Source: the human T2T-CHM13v2.0 reference genome, Homo sapiens. From it: a stretch of 64,000 nt of DNA. Below are positions 43,709 to 57,499 of the stretch, one piece after another. Where the stretch lies: the NCBI RefSeq assembly GCF_009914755.1, contig NC_060926.1, one strand, 5' to 3'. The notes beneath the pieces are model-generated. The model had not been told where the DNA came from and did no database searches. It saw nothing but the letters and a program-made list of their open reading frames with translations. The translations under genes were made by a program, and so were the position numbers. Position 1 is the stretch's first letter, and each line of letters starts with the position of its first letter.

Positions 43709-45330
43709 GTGGGAGAATGAGGGGTTCTAATAAATATTTTTGTCAAATCAAAAGAAGACAATTCTACCTGCCATCAAAGCATAGAATTAGAAGGAAAAAA
43801 TATTTTAATGTATTATTCTCACTTATATGTGTTTTTTTTAACTTGGGCAAGGAGAAGAAACAAAGAGATTGAACATAAATAAACTAAGGATACAACTGCT
43901 TTTCCTTTCAAGTTTAGTGTTCAAACACAGCTCAATACAATTCTTCCCCGCAGGAAACACTTTCATTTAGGGCCAATTGAGAGGTGACAAATTCAACTGC
44001 TTAAAATTAAGAGCATCTACAGCCCTAAAGTACTAAGTGAAAGAGATAGACTGAGAGCACATGATGAAGTAAATGAAGTGACCTCGGTGGGTCTAGTGAG
44101 GCTCTCTACAGGAAGCCTTCTGCTCCTGACATTTCTGGCATTTTTTGCCCTTGGATGTGTGGATCATTTTCACTCCAAAGATGAGAACTTTGACTCCCTG
44201 TCAGGCTTGTCAGGTCTTTTATTTTTCCTCAACTTCAAGCAAGAAGTTTATTCTTATTCGTGAGTGCCTCTATTTTTATTCCCTTTCAAAGGCCAATGCA
44301 AGGCCAAAATGCAAGAAGTATATAGTTTAATATAATTTCATCTTGCTTTGTCTAAAAGGAATAAAATATTTTTAAAATAGCATTCACGTTTTAGGATATA
44401 TGATGATATCTATACATAAACCTCAGGGGGGAAGTACACAACTGTGTGGCTCCCATTTTATTAGATACTTTCATGTCAAAAGTAATGATAAAATTTTAGC
44501 TAAATGTTTTTTTGCATAAGCTGAAAAATATGCCAATTTAATGTTTGTTTGTTTTATTTTTACCTTTTGGTAAAATCAGTAAGCTTGAAACAGAGAAATG
44601 GAACTAAAGATTTCAATTCTCCGGTGCAAATTATATTAAGAAAAATATTCAGCGTGCTTTTAAATTGTTTAAAAAATAATCATTATCATAAACACATATC
44701 AATTATGGAATATTAATGAGGCCATGTGGTCCTTTCCTTAATTTTATTGTAGTTTAATCACAATAAGCTCATGACACCATGAATAAATTATAAAACACAT
44801 TCTAATAACAAAAACTGAAGAAAATATTCCTTTGCTCACCCAGGGCCTCTTGCACCTGCAATTTTCTGTCCCTGGAATTCTTTTCTCTTTTCCTTCTTTC
44901 TCCTTCTGAACTGTGCAGAGCAGCCTTCTTCTCATCCTTCATCTTTAATATTATATTCTCAGAAAAACTTTCCAGATTATCCTATCCTCCACCCTCTAGT
45001 ATTCCCTACCCAGAGCATTTCTAGAAAATACCACAGTTTAAAGTTATGTTACATCTTTTATCTCTTTTCTCCATTAGATCAAGCACCCTATCTTTCTTGT
45101 TTGCAATTGTAATCCCAGTACTTAGTAGAATGTTGAGAACATTTTTAAAATAGTTGTTGAATGACTGGAAAAATAAACTTAAATATTATTTAATATTACT
45201 TAAATAATATTAACGTAATATAAAAAAAGAAAACAGCAATATAAAAATTAGGTTGAAAAATCTAAAGTCAGAGTGAGTCTGAAATTTCATATGTAAATGT
45301 TATATTAATTTTTTAAAAATTCCATTTACT

Positions 45331-45621
<291 letters not shown>

Positions 45622-46344
45622 TTAGTTTTAAACATGAGAATTATATTTAACTGATAGGACCTCAAGACTTTTTTTATAGAGGAATCATTTTTATAGTGCC
45701 TTTAAGAGTTATATGTGAGTGTATTAAAAAAATCTTGCTTTTATTTCAAGAAAAACACATGTAAGAATGTCAAGGTTATTAATAGTTTTATATAAAGGTT
45801 AACTTTAAAACTTAATGAAATTTTTTTTGAAAGTTACTATGCCTAATGCACCATGTTAGATGCTGTTAAAACCAGAAAATACATACACATGATGGTTAAT
45901 TTGTTCCAAATTTGGAGGTTTTAGAGAAGTTACAATTTTAAAATCTTTTTCGGTGTTTTCAGGCAGTTGATAAGAATGACAACTTTCAAATACCATCTCC
46001 AAAATTTACTCTAGTGATATCCTATAGTCTTAACACTACTATATATTTATGCTAACCAAAAAAAAAACTAAAAAACATACTAAAGGTACATCATACACAA
46101 CAATTATCTTTAATATTTCAAAAAGTATTGTAATTCTACAAATTAAGCTGAGTCATGATGTAGAATGCAGGAGCCATGAAAATAAATCTACAGGGAACTA
46201 AGCAGTACAACAGCAATGATAGTTTTGTTTTGTTTTATTCTAAAACATTGTTTTTTTTAAGTGCGTTTTTTGTCAAGTGTTGTTGCCCTACCAGCAATAC
46301 TCCCAAAGCAGCAGCTCAGCACCTCAACATTACCCCAATACAGA

Positions 46345-46590
46345 GGAGTGTTTCAATGCAAAGGCTCTGTGCTCTGGAGTCAAAAACTACCTAGGCATGA
46401 AAACTGGCTCCTCCACCAATTTCATGATCCTGGATGAATACCTAAATTCCCTGCACCCCAATTTTTTCATCTGTAACAATTATCATAATAATAACTCCTT
46501 CATTTTCTTATGAAAATTAAATGAATTCATTTGCGTAAAGTACTAAAGAACAATGCTCAGCATGTAGTAAACCCTCCAAACAATGGCCAT
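46345..46590 (+). mobile_element. MIR
   Basis: gctctggagtcaaaaactacctagg...tttttcatctgtaacaat...gtaaagtactaaagaacaatgctcagcatgtagtaa. Confidence 0.75.
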
Positions 46591-46894
46591 TATTTTTATC
46601 AGAAAAGACTATAAACATAGACAGGTGTGAGGTACATGGAAGGGGAAATAATAACCACCTTACCATGGAAACAGAAAACAATTCAAACACAAAGACTCAA
46701 TTAAATTTATTCTTTATTGAACTGCTGCATGTACACAAAATTGTGGAAGAGAAAATGTATAAAATATGGCATCCCTCAAGGAATACAGGAGATAAAGCAT
46801 TTATATAAATATCAAGCCCACATAGAATACTTGTCAGAGGATGTGTATCAATAAGAGTTGGTGAAATAACTTGGTTATTTTCATCAGCCAACTT

Positions 46895-47204
46895 TTATTT
46901 TATTTTTATTTTTATTTTGAGACAGGCTGTCACTCTGTCACCCAGGCTGAAGTTCAGTGGTGTGATCATAGCTGACTGCAACCTCAAACTTCTGGGATCA
47001 AGAGATCCTCCTGCCTCAGCCTCCCGAGTAGCTGGAAATACAGTTGTATACCACCATGCCCAGCTAATTTTTTTTTTTTTTTTTTGTAGAGACAAATTCT
47101 CAGTATATTGCCCAGGCTAATATCAAACTCCTGGGCTGAAGTGATCCTCCCACCTAGGCCACCCAAAGTGTTGAGATTACAGTCATAAGCCACCACGTCT
47201 GGCC
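46895..47204 (-). mobile_element. AluJ
   Basis: gtgatcatagctgactgcaacctcaaacttctgg, ctcctgggctgaagtgatcctccc J-type motifs. Confidence 0.88.
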
Positions 47205-48804
47205 AGTAAATTTTTATAAGGAAGGATTTGAGGTAGAACATGAAATATTAATAGAATGTCCATAAGTAGACAACAGGAAGAAACCTCTAAGAAATGTAAT
47301 GAAACAAACATCGAGGTGTAGGAAAGGAGAGCATATTGTGTAATCAGTACAAATAGTCCAGGTTATTGGTGATGTATGAAATACAGCAGTAATGGCAATG
47401 GCAAATGAGCCCCAAAGATAATATAAGGAAATGTCAATGAGTTTGTTAATCAGTATAGTTCTATAACAACATGTAATCCCTGTAAAAAATGTTTAGATAA
47501 TACCATATTTGCTTACACTCAAGCAAAAGTATTCACTATTCTATTCACTTTGGTTTTTCTGGTTTGCAGCAAAATAATAATGGCAGCATTATCATAATAA
47601 AAGTATATAGTAATGGATAGCTTTTAAAGTAGAATTCATTGTGTTTGCTTATATTTTTATTTAGCAAGACAGTAAAATTAAAGGACAAAAATAAGTTGTA
47701 AGACTCAATAAATAATACTTGCGCAGATAATTCTCAGACTTAATGGGTTTTGTCATTACTGAGGAAGCAAAAAAAATGAAACACAGGAGGTAAATACAAG
47801 GTATAATGGTTGAAATTAATGAAATAGAACTTTTAAAATATTTTTTAAATAACTTTTCCCTTTCCTCTATAAATGTGTGCTGAAGATGAAACAGAATGAC
47901 TATTCTTGGCAATAGGCTGTAATCATTAAAAAGACAAACATAGATACATTTTAGTTTTTTTTACATGACAGTTATTGGGTTATAGGTAAATATTTTGTGG
48001 TTAATTTTCTGACTTTGAAGGTTATGTCAATTAAAATAAGGAAAACATTTATATAAGCATAGGCAAAAAGGATATGAAAAAGATTGTAAGTAAAGATGTA
48101 CAAGTTTCTTTCATCCTCAAAGAAAACCCTCATCTTGTCTCTTATAAACTGCTCAGGTTTAAGGGACACCAAAAGAAGCAAATTACTGAGTTTTAAGAGA
48201 ATTCCACATGCCTCTTTTCTGTTGGCTATAATATATTTATTTTGCGCAGATCTAAAATGCTATATTGTGTATCATGTGCTTCTACTAAAAGTGGTATAAA
48301 GAAAATGGTGCCCTTTATTCAAATCACCTTCCAGATCTCCAAGTGCTTCTGAGAAACCCAATCCCACTCTACTGGCCCTGATCCTCCCCAGCAAGATTTA
48401 TGGCAGGCCCCAGAATTCCATGTGCTCTTGTTGGTGTTTTCATCACCCAGCCGTGATACCACCTAATGCTCTCTTTAAATCAAATCTAGAAGCCCCTCAG
48501 AGACCTATAATTAAGGCTAGGACACCCAGAGATGCCTGTTCTAAAGCCACCCCTCCATCATTTGTGACTCTGCCCTCAACATAACATAAGGATGCACTCC
48601 ATATGAGACTATCATTCCTCCATACTACAACACCGTTAGCCTCACCTCTGACAACTGACTAAAAGATCAATTCTAGGAAAAAGATATAATTAGAGCTGAT
48701 TACCATTTCCCCTGGAAGACCAGCAATACCAATCCTGACTTCCTTGTTTATTTCAGATACTCCCAAAAGTGAAAATCTCCCCAAGCCCCCATCTAATTCT
48801 GTGT

Positions 48805-49690
48805 ACAAATCTTACTCTACACCCATCAAGCTTTGACACAACTGACCATGCCCTCCTTGAAATTTCTTTTCTTTTTTGCAGACATCACAATCTTAAGATT
48901 CTCATTTCTCACTGGCTACTCTTATTCTTCATAGCTGGTTCCTCCTTATTTTTAGATCTTGAGACTTTGGAGTGACTCAGTTCTCAGTTATTAGCACTCT
49001 TTGCTCTCTATATTGTCCTTCCCTAGCTAACCTCATTTATTCTTACATTTTATAAATGATATTATTAATATATTGATGAATATCAAGTTTACATGCCCAT
49101 GATATTATTAATATACTGATGAATATCAAGTTTACATGCCCCAAACTTTACCTTTAATTTCAAACTTATGTATCTAACTTTCCAGACAACATCAGCAATT
49201 GGATTTCTCATAATCTAATAGGCTTAGCATATATAAAAGAGAACTCTTGATTTGCCCCTCCAAAAAACAAGTCCAGCATCATCCTCAGGCTTACTTATCT
49301 CAGTAAATGATACTACCATTCTTCCAGTTGTTTAAGCCAGAAACACACACACACACACACACCATTTTAACATTTCTTTCTTGCTCTTACCCCTCATTTC
49401 TTATTCGTCATTAAGTGCAGTCAACTCTATCTTCAAAATATAGACTGTATCCAACCAATAATCATCCCTTCCACAACTACTATCCTAGTTTAAGCTACCA
49501 ACATCTCACGCAAGGACTACCAAAATTTTTTAATTGGCTTCCCAATTTACTCTCCATGCAGACTTTTTCTGTCTGTCTCTGCAGATCCTTACAGTGCTCA
49601 CTTACCTATTCTTTGACTTCAATCTCTTGTTGCTCTCTTTACTCCACATTCCAAACTAAACAAGCCTTTTTTTTTTTTTAATTTCCTTAG
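48805..49690 (+). mobile_element. L2 fragment
   Basis: ctttgacacaactgaccatgccctccttgaaa...ttccagttgtttaagccagaaac. Confidence 0.7.
49056..49141 (+). repeat. 43-bp tandem duplication (1 mismatch) inside L2
   Basis: atgatattattaatata(t/c)tgatgaatatcaagtttacatgccc twice. Confidence 0.95.
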
Positions 49691-49927
49691 AGGCGTATAG
49701 TGGAAGAAAGGGAACAAATCTTGCTTAAATTCACCGTCTACTAGCTACCATTTCATTTCCTTCTCTCCTTTCACTAAAAAATACCTCAAATGAAAAATTA
49801 ACATCCTAGTCAATGGTTTAACAAATATTAATTGTTCACCGATTTCTCAAGTATCATCAATTACCTCTTAGTTATGATATATAATGCTTTTTTCCCAGTT
49901 CACATTCGCCTTGTCCTCCCTATACTG

Positions 49928-50270
49928 CTCTCTCTCTATATATATAAATACATACATACACACATATGTGTGTATATATGCATATGTATGTATATGCATA
50001 TATACACATGTACACATGTACATACACAATGTACACATGTCTATACATATATGTATATATGTGCATGCATATACACAGATATATGTATCTACATATATAC
50101 ACACATATATGTATATGTATATGAATATACACACATATGTATATCCGTATATGTGGGTATATATATGTGTGCATATACATGGCAATGTTTTTGTGTACCA
50201 TCACTCAGACATATGTATATATGTGTATATACGTATATACATATGTGTGTATATATTCATATATATAAAT
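49928..50270. repeat. Low-complexity alternating purine-pyrimidine (TA/CA/TG) tract
   Basis: tatatacacatatgtgtgtatatatgcatatg... over ~340 bp. Confidence 0.9.
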
Positions 50271-52653
50271 ATTTTCTTTTTCTTGAAATATGTCTGTTCT
50301 CTACTTACTGGCCACCCTTTCCTCACTAAATACTGTTCTTCTCAAAAAAGTTATTAATAATGTCCTCTACTTTCTTAACCAGACTTAATTTACACCTATG
50401 ATTCTAGGTACTTTCTCTTTTTATTAGAAATTTGATAAAGATCTCGATTAGAAACATGCATATAATATATATTTCAATTTTCCATCTTTAAACATATTCT
50501 TGATTTTTATGTGTAACTATATTTTTTCAACATTACATGCCATGGAAGATATATATAAATTATTTTCCATTGCTAGATACCTATTCTAATCATCCTACTT
50601 CTGCTTTCTATCTCTGGAACCGTTGCTGTTAATTCAGGCTCCATTCATCTCTAATGATTACCTTTCTTAATGTTCCATATCCAATCAGTGATTTTTCCAT
50701 TTCAGTGCCTCTTACAACTTCCCATTTCTTTCCATTTCTGTTCAGGCTCTTGTCACTTCTCATCTGAATTACTTCAATTGAATTATCATTCATCTCAGAT
50801 ACTTCTCTTTACTCTCCATCTTGCTTACTATTGATAGATTAATCTTCCTAAAAGTTCTACAACACGTTTTCCATCATATCATTTCACTGTTCAGAAATCT
50901 TTAGTGAGAAGGAAGATGGAAAAACAGAAATAGGTGGTTTTCTTGGGAGGAGAATTTGAGGACAAGTTTTATAAAAATTATATTTCATTTTAAATTCTAC
51001 ATTATTTTTATAATGTTGCTTTGTGTAATTAGTATAATAAAATTAATTATCCAGAAGTTAAAATTCAAGTGATCTCTATAATATGCTTTCAACATTGTTT
51101 TTGCACTTCTTATTCCACTGTTCCATTAAATAAAATTTCTGCTATCTCTATGTCCTCTCTATTTTCAAACTATGAAAATTACATCCTTGAATTATTTTAA
51201 ACTTAAATTCCACTATTTTATAAATCTCCTGATTATATTCGCTGGAAATAATTCCCTTTTCCATATAACAACCCTAACTTCTTATGAGAACGAATCACTT
51301 AACCCACATCATTTAGGCTTTTCATTAGCATTTATGATGTTATTTTATTTTTCTTTTCTCCTCAAATTGAAACAAAAAAATCCTTAAAAACAAGACTCTC
51401 TCCTTTGAAGCAGAGGCCACAGTAGCTTGAAAACACACAGTAGTCATTTAATAAATATTTATTGTTTCATCAGATAGGTAATCATATGTTTCTAAAGCAA
51501 CAAGATATTTTCTCACGGAGTAACTTTTGACTTTCTTTTAAAGTTAAAAGCATAAACAGAGATGTGTTGCCTTTAGAAACTCTTTTGAAAGAGCAAGCTT
51601 TATAGCAATTGTTTAATCTATTATTGATATATAATATAAATGTGACGTACCTACTACAGCAATTCATTTATTGAGTATAAATTAGAAGGTCTTTTCTTAT
51701 TCAATTAAATTACAAGGTACCACTCAGCAGCTAGCTCTCCAACTTTACCTCAAGTTGCAGAGAATATGAGTAGTACTCCAAGTGTTCCTTTGTTAGGCGA
51801 TGTTTTTGTGTTGCATCACTCAGAGATCAACACTCGCTTGAACTGCTGTCATTATGGAGCTTGAATAGGAGAAATTCACTGGAGCCATCATTAATGCTTT
51901 TTAATGAAATATTAAATTGCTGTAGCACAGAGTATATGGAGTGAGCCAGTTTAACAGCAGTCTAAGCAAAAAAGAAAACAAACTTGTAAACACGTAAATA
52001 ATTAGGACATCATTTTTCTTTTCCCTTCTTTCTCCAATGAGACAACTAAGCTGGATGAAAGAAAGCAAATGAATGTATCCAGCTTTTTGGACAGATTAAC
52101 TGATATTTTTACTACACATTTAATAAATGTTTCACTGCAGTAAGCAATTCAGGCAAAGATCTGATTACTCAATTTATCATTTGATACTCTTTACAAAAGC
52201 TGAAGATTACACTCATTCTAAATCTTATGTTAGCTAGCAGTAAACAAAGCTCAAAGCTGGCCAAGGGATTGCTTATATAATGCTGGCAAATTGCCAGAGA
52301 ATAAAAATAGCTCTTTGGATTTCTGCCTTCCACCCCGGCTGATGGCAAAGGAGAGAGGTGGCAGTACAAAATCACCACCTTAGCCACCAACTGGTGGCTA
52401 CTTTTGTCAGTTTCCACCCTATAGGTAACATAACTAGAGCAACCACTTACTATTACTCTGCACTTAAGTGCAGAGTATGTACTGAACCTGAGGAAGTACA
52501 GGTTTCAGCCAATGGTGGTTGTAGAGACATCAATAACTGCAGTGATCATTGAATTATTTAAAGTAATTTTTTAAATAAGTGGGACCAAATTAGTTTTGTA
52601 GGAAATAATTTTCTTTGTTAAAACTCAGGCATAGTGAATGATGAATATATAAA

Positions 52654-52658
<5 letters not shown>

Positions 52659-52713
<55 letters not shown>
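52659..52713 (+). repeat. Compound (CT)16(AT)11 microsatellite
   Basis: Read directly. Confidence 0.95.
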
Positions 52714-55700
52714 GTATATATAGTTTGTGCTGACGTTGGGTAGATTACAAAATCCTAAGGGAAAGATTCTCTTAAGTGGGTAAATGAAAGTCAATATATT
52801 TTAAAATTCTACCATTATCTTTCGGTGCCAAATAAAATGTGATTTCTGTTACTCATAACCAGGAAATTATATTCAGTGCTTTGTTTTATTTTGTATTTCC
52901 TTGTCTTCCAACATGCTGCAAAATGGCAGGCCCTTGTATTGTCAGATTTTAGGCCTCAGGGTTCCAGGGACAAAAGAAAGTATATATAAGCTACCAAAAC
53001 AAATTTAAATATATATCATCTTTAACGATTATGTAAAATTGATACTATCTTTTTAACAATTGACTAAAAGCACATTTAAACAATTTTAAACCAATAAACT
53101 CTAATGCAGATTCTAGGCAAGTAGCTGTAATTTCTTAACAGCTTCAATCTTGCTGAGTATCAGTATGAGTTCAGCAATACAGAAGTTGCTATAGCTTCTG
53201 AAATTCAGAGATTACCATTTCCAGATGATAGAATTACCTTGAGATTTAACCCTGAACCCAGTTAATTAAAAGTTTCAATGACCTAATTTGCCTTCTCTAC
53301 AATCACAAAAGCTGCAAGATTTCTGCTGTGCTCAAGTAGGGCTTTCCCATTCAAATAACAGAGAAAATAATCTTTAAATTTCCTGTGTAAATATAGAAAT
53401 TGGGCTGCAATTAAGGTTTATGTCACATATTCATCCATAATATATTTAAATCCTTTTAACAATCTCATTTCAAACCCTACTCATTTTATTTCTATACTGT
53501 AGCCAAAAAAAAAAAATCTTCTATCTAAATCTGACTTCTATCCTTCTCTCTCTTCTACTCCAATTGATCAGGATCTGTTCAATCCAGCCGAGAAACATGA
53601 ATTATTAAGAGCTGATGGATTGGGAATCTACCAGAGTGGATCTCATTGGACACAGTATTGCTTCCACTGTGACCCTGCCTAAATATTCTTTATTGTGCCT
53701 GTCTCAAAAAACTCATTTCTGGTGAAGGCTAAAAAGAAATAATTCTCATATTCCAGCTGCAGATTTTCTATCTGGATAACTTTATTGAACTTATTTAATT
53801 TATATTTTAAAAATCCTCTGGTTGCCAGCTGGCAGCCATAAATTTCAAATAGCAGTTCAAATGACTACAATTTAATTTATTTTATGATTCATCATTCAAC
53901 TGTCCTTACTCATCAAATTGTACTTTATAAAATGCTGTGTATGCTTCCTAGAGATGTATTAGAGTGATTATAGATGAATTAAACATTATTAATCCAAGAT
54001 GGTAACTGGCTACTATCTGATGCTGCTTAGTGACTTAATTATGTTAGACAGACTAAATTGTTTCAAATGAACCTTCACAAAGGTCCTTAATAAAATAAAA
54101 CAGTGATTTTATTTTGTGTTATCTACTTTCTCCCAGAAGGTTTTCTAGAGGCTTCTGCAGTTTTCTTTTCTTTCCTATTAGCTAGAAAGCACAATCTAGT
54201 AAGCCTGTGAACCTTGCAGGAGCTTACATGGAAGATATTTCTCTGTCTTTGACAAGCACTATGGTAAGATTTGGGGCTGCTGTGTAAGCAGTAAGATTTA
54301 GTGGTTTTCTCTTAAGGGAGCTGGTTACAAAAGTGATTTAGAATGCCTTAGGAAATAAAGAAGAACTTTCCTATTGATAGTGTGTAGAGGGGATAAGTTT
54401 ATATAAAATTTTGAGTGGAGTGGATATTTGAAATAGAGAGGAAGTTTCTAAAGTAGAATTTAAAGTGTCAGCAGATTCATAGAGGAACTGCCTTAGACAG
54501 CAGGCTATAAAAGATATTAAATTTTAAAATAAGGGGTTACATTATTACTTCAGTTTGCTTTGTGCAATACCAGAAGTTTAGGAATGAGGGTAGACAATTC
54601 ATCTATTATTTATAAGACAGAGCATATTAGCCATGACTACAGAGAAGGAGGCCCCCTCACTGTTGGGCAGTGTGATGAGGGGTTGAATGTGCACAAGCTA
54701 TTTCTCATTTCCAAAGCAGTTTGACAGGCAAGTCAAGTATATGAAAAAGTACAATGGGATAATAAACTTACTACACTTCTGAGCAAGATGTGCAGTGTAG
54801 CAGCCAAAGTGTGGGTCTTTGTGAGAAAGTAGCAGACAAAAGTGGTTCTCGGCAACTAAGAACTGTTTGGGACAGTGGAAGCTTTCTAGACTAGTTGTTG
54901 CTATTCTTAGTCTTCCCTCAGTATGATGTCCATGCTCAGCACAGCCAGCCATTGTATAGAATTAGTTCTTTCTCCTTCCAGTGCACATTCCCAAGAAGAA
55001 AACAGTATATGCACACCAACAATACAGAACTCTTATATTTAGAAACTTTTCAATTTCCAACACTTCTCTTATTTATGGAGTACCAAATAACATTGGAATT
55101 TTCCAGATGTTTTAACACTTTTGTTTCAAAGTATCATCTTTCCTGTGTAGAGTACAATGAGGCTGACCACAAAAAAAATAGAAAAAAGAATAAGAATTCT
55201 ATGTATTGCTATCGAAATTTTCTGTCATTACAATGTGTGCCTTAGCTTCTAGCAGGTAGGTATCTATCAAAAATATATCTCTAGTTCTATATTAATATTT
55301 ATAAATTTTACATGGGGAATATGGACAAAAATAAAGAGTATGTTAAATCTAAAAACATTTTAAAATTAGCCACATAAATAGTTTCAGTACAAGCCCAAAT
55401 TTTGTATATCTTATTGGAGAAAGTAAAAAACAAATATGGTTTATTCCACACAGGTAAAGTAGGAAGACACAAATGAGGAAATAAATAGCTTCTTTCCTGA
55501 CAGTGGGAAAAGCATTAACAAAGAGCTCACCAACCTCTAAACATTATTAGTGCTCAGAAAAGGCCTAGAAGGGATTCATAATTAAGCCCTTGGGGGAAAC
55601 ACAAGAAATAAGTATAAAGTTGAGGCAGTAGAAAGGAAAGCCTGTTTTCAAAAAAAAAAAAAAGTATTGCTGAAAGTAACAAGAACTAGTTTGGTTTTAA

Positions 55701-56332
55701 AATATGAGCTCCCCAGAAGTAATTCCTAATGTAGAATCTTTGAACATTCCAATTGAAAATACACTGGACCTTAAAAAAGAAAACAAACAAATAAACAAAA
55801 ACTCCCACAACCTCAAAAAACACTCCTGCAACCTCAAAAACTAGGACTGATGGTCAACTTCTGACAATCATTTGAGAGAAATTTACACCATAATATGATA
55901 AATCGGACAGAGAATTAATCATTATTTTTGCCAGAAAATGAGTAAAATTGTTAGCCAAAATTAACATTAGAAATATATTTTATTGAGTACTCCAGCTTTT
56001 CCTGGACAGATAAATGAAAAATCTGTAAACATTAAAACTGGCCATCTCTTATTTCTTTCAAGCAACTTGGGAATGGGTTACCTACTTCCTCTATAATTAC
56101 TTTTTTCTACGTTTTCTGCATCCATTCTGAGACGAAATGCTACCCATGGCAAGTAAGTACATAGGAGGAGGGGAATGGAGTTAGCATAGATCATCCTGTT
56201 AAAGTTTACATCTCAAACATAACATTTTTAACTGGAATGACCAAGAAGCGGGAGCTACAAAGCTCAGTGACCTCAATGCATTTTGAAGATTATAGTTTTT
56301 CATGTACCTTTTCTTATGTGAATGTCGTAAAA

Positions 56333-56444
56333 CCAACCTAAGAATGCATTCATCTGGGTTAGTTGTATTAACTAACATTAACAACTAATAATAAAGTTGT
56401 GTTAGTTAATACAACCAACCCAGATGAATGCATTCTTAGGTTGG
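56333..56444. repeat. Long near-perfect inverted repeat (44-bp arms, 1 mismatch)
   Basis: ccaacctaagaatgcattcatctgggttagttgtattaactaac (56333-56376) pairs with 56401-56444. Confidence 0.95.
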
Positions 56445-57245
56445 ACTAAGAACAATGCACATTCACTTGTGTTTCTGGTATTTTTCTACAAAGAGGATTC
56501 AGTCCTTCCCCAGGTCAACTGACAACACTTCAGTTTTCAATTTTGGCAGACTTTTGGTCTAGAGAGCCCTTTCTCTCTATTGATTATTATTGATTTCTTC
56601 CATCAGAAAAGAGAAGCAAACGCAATACAAATACATAGGTGTCATAAAATAACTGTGTTTTTAGACCCAAAACATATCATGAAGCAAAGATATCTTTGTA
56701 CACGTAAACATTAACCAGCCAGAAGATTCTTATTTATTAAATATCACTTCCTAAAAATTTGTTAAAAGTTGTGGCAACTGTAATTACTACTCCACTGCTC
56801 TAACTGGCTGTTAAGAAAAAAATAATAAACCAAAGAAAATTAGATCCTCTTCCCCTGCTACCAGCATCCCTGTATTCCTCAATAGAGATACACATGTGCA
56901 TGCATACACTCACACTATTCACACACATGCACATACACACACACCCCAAACATTGACAGTGAAGAAAGAAGCAGGGAAGTCCTAATCATGCTCTAGTAAC
57001 AAAGTGCTATGGAGGTGGGCTGGGGGTAGGGTGTCATGTTATAAAATATCTTAAGCCTAAATACAGCCTCTTTCTACGGAAGTTGTTTTATATTCATTAC
57101 TCAAATGGATAACGCTTTGAGAACGATCCACATTCTACTAAGTATATGAAAATTGGGAAGATGGGAAGCTAAGACACAGTCCAGGACAACCAATTAACAC
57201 TATCATAGGCAGTAAGGTTCCCAGGAAAAACAATATTTAAACAAT

Positions 57246-57329
57246 GAGGAAGAAAATAAGAATTAGATGATCTTTTATACTTCTGTGGAGGAAGAAAATA
57301 ACAATTAGATGATCTTTTATACTTCTGTG
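57246..57329 (+). repeat. 42-bp tandem duplication (1 mismatch)
   Basis: gaggaagaaaataa(g/c)aattagatgatcttttatacttctgtg twice. Confidence 0.95.
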
Positions 57330-57499
57330 TTTTCACATTTTATGAAATAACTGTACTTCCAAAGATATTTTTTCTTTTTAAGGTTTTTAAATATTTTATC
57401 TGATTGTTTCACAAATATAGATGAGATGAATTTTAAAAGGCCAATTGAGATTAGCCCAGGACCTATTTACTCATTGATGTGATGTGACCAAAGTGTTAC

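Noticed and set aside
44102-44265. Possible exon ctctctacag|...ttc|gtgagt
   Set aside because: Short pyrimidine tract, weak exonic donor context and no recognisable peptide; not supportable without expression data
45182-45211. 12-bp-arm inverted repeat aatattatttaa / ttaaataatatt
   Set aside because: Pure A/T arms in AT-rich DNA; plausible by chance
49832-50357. Four overlapping 94-165 aa ORFs rich in Y/I/H/C/M/V
   Set aside because: Translation artefacts of the (TA/CA/TG)n low-complexity tract
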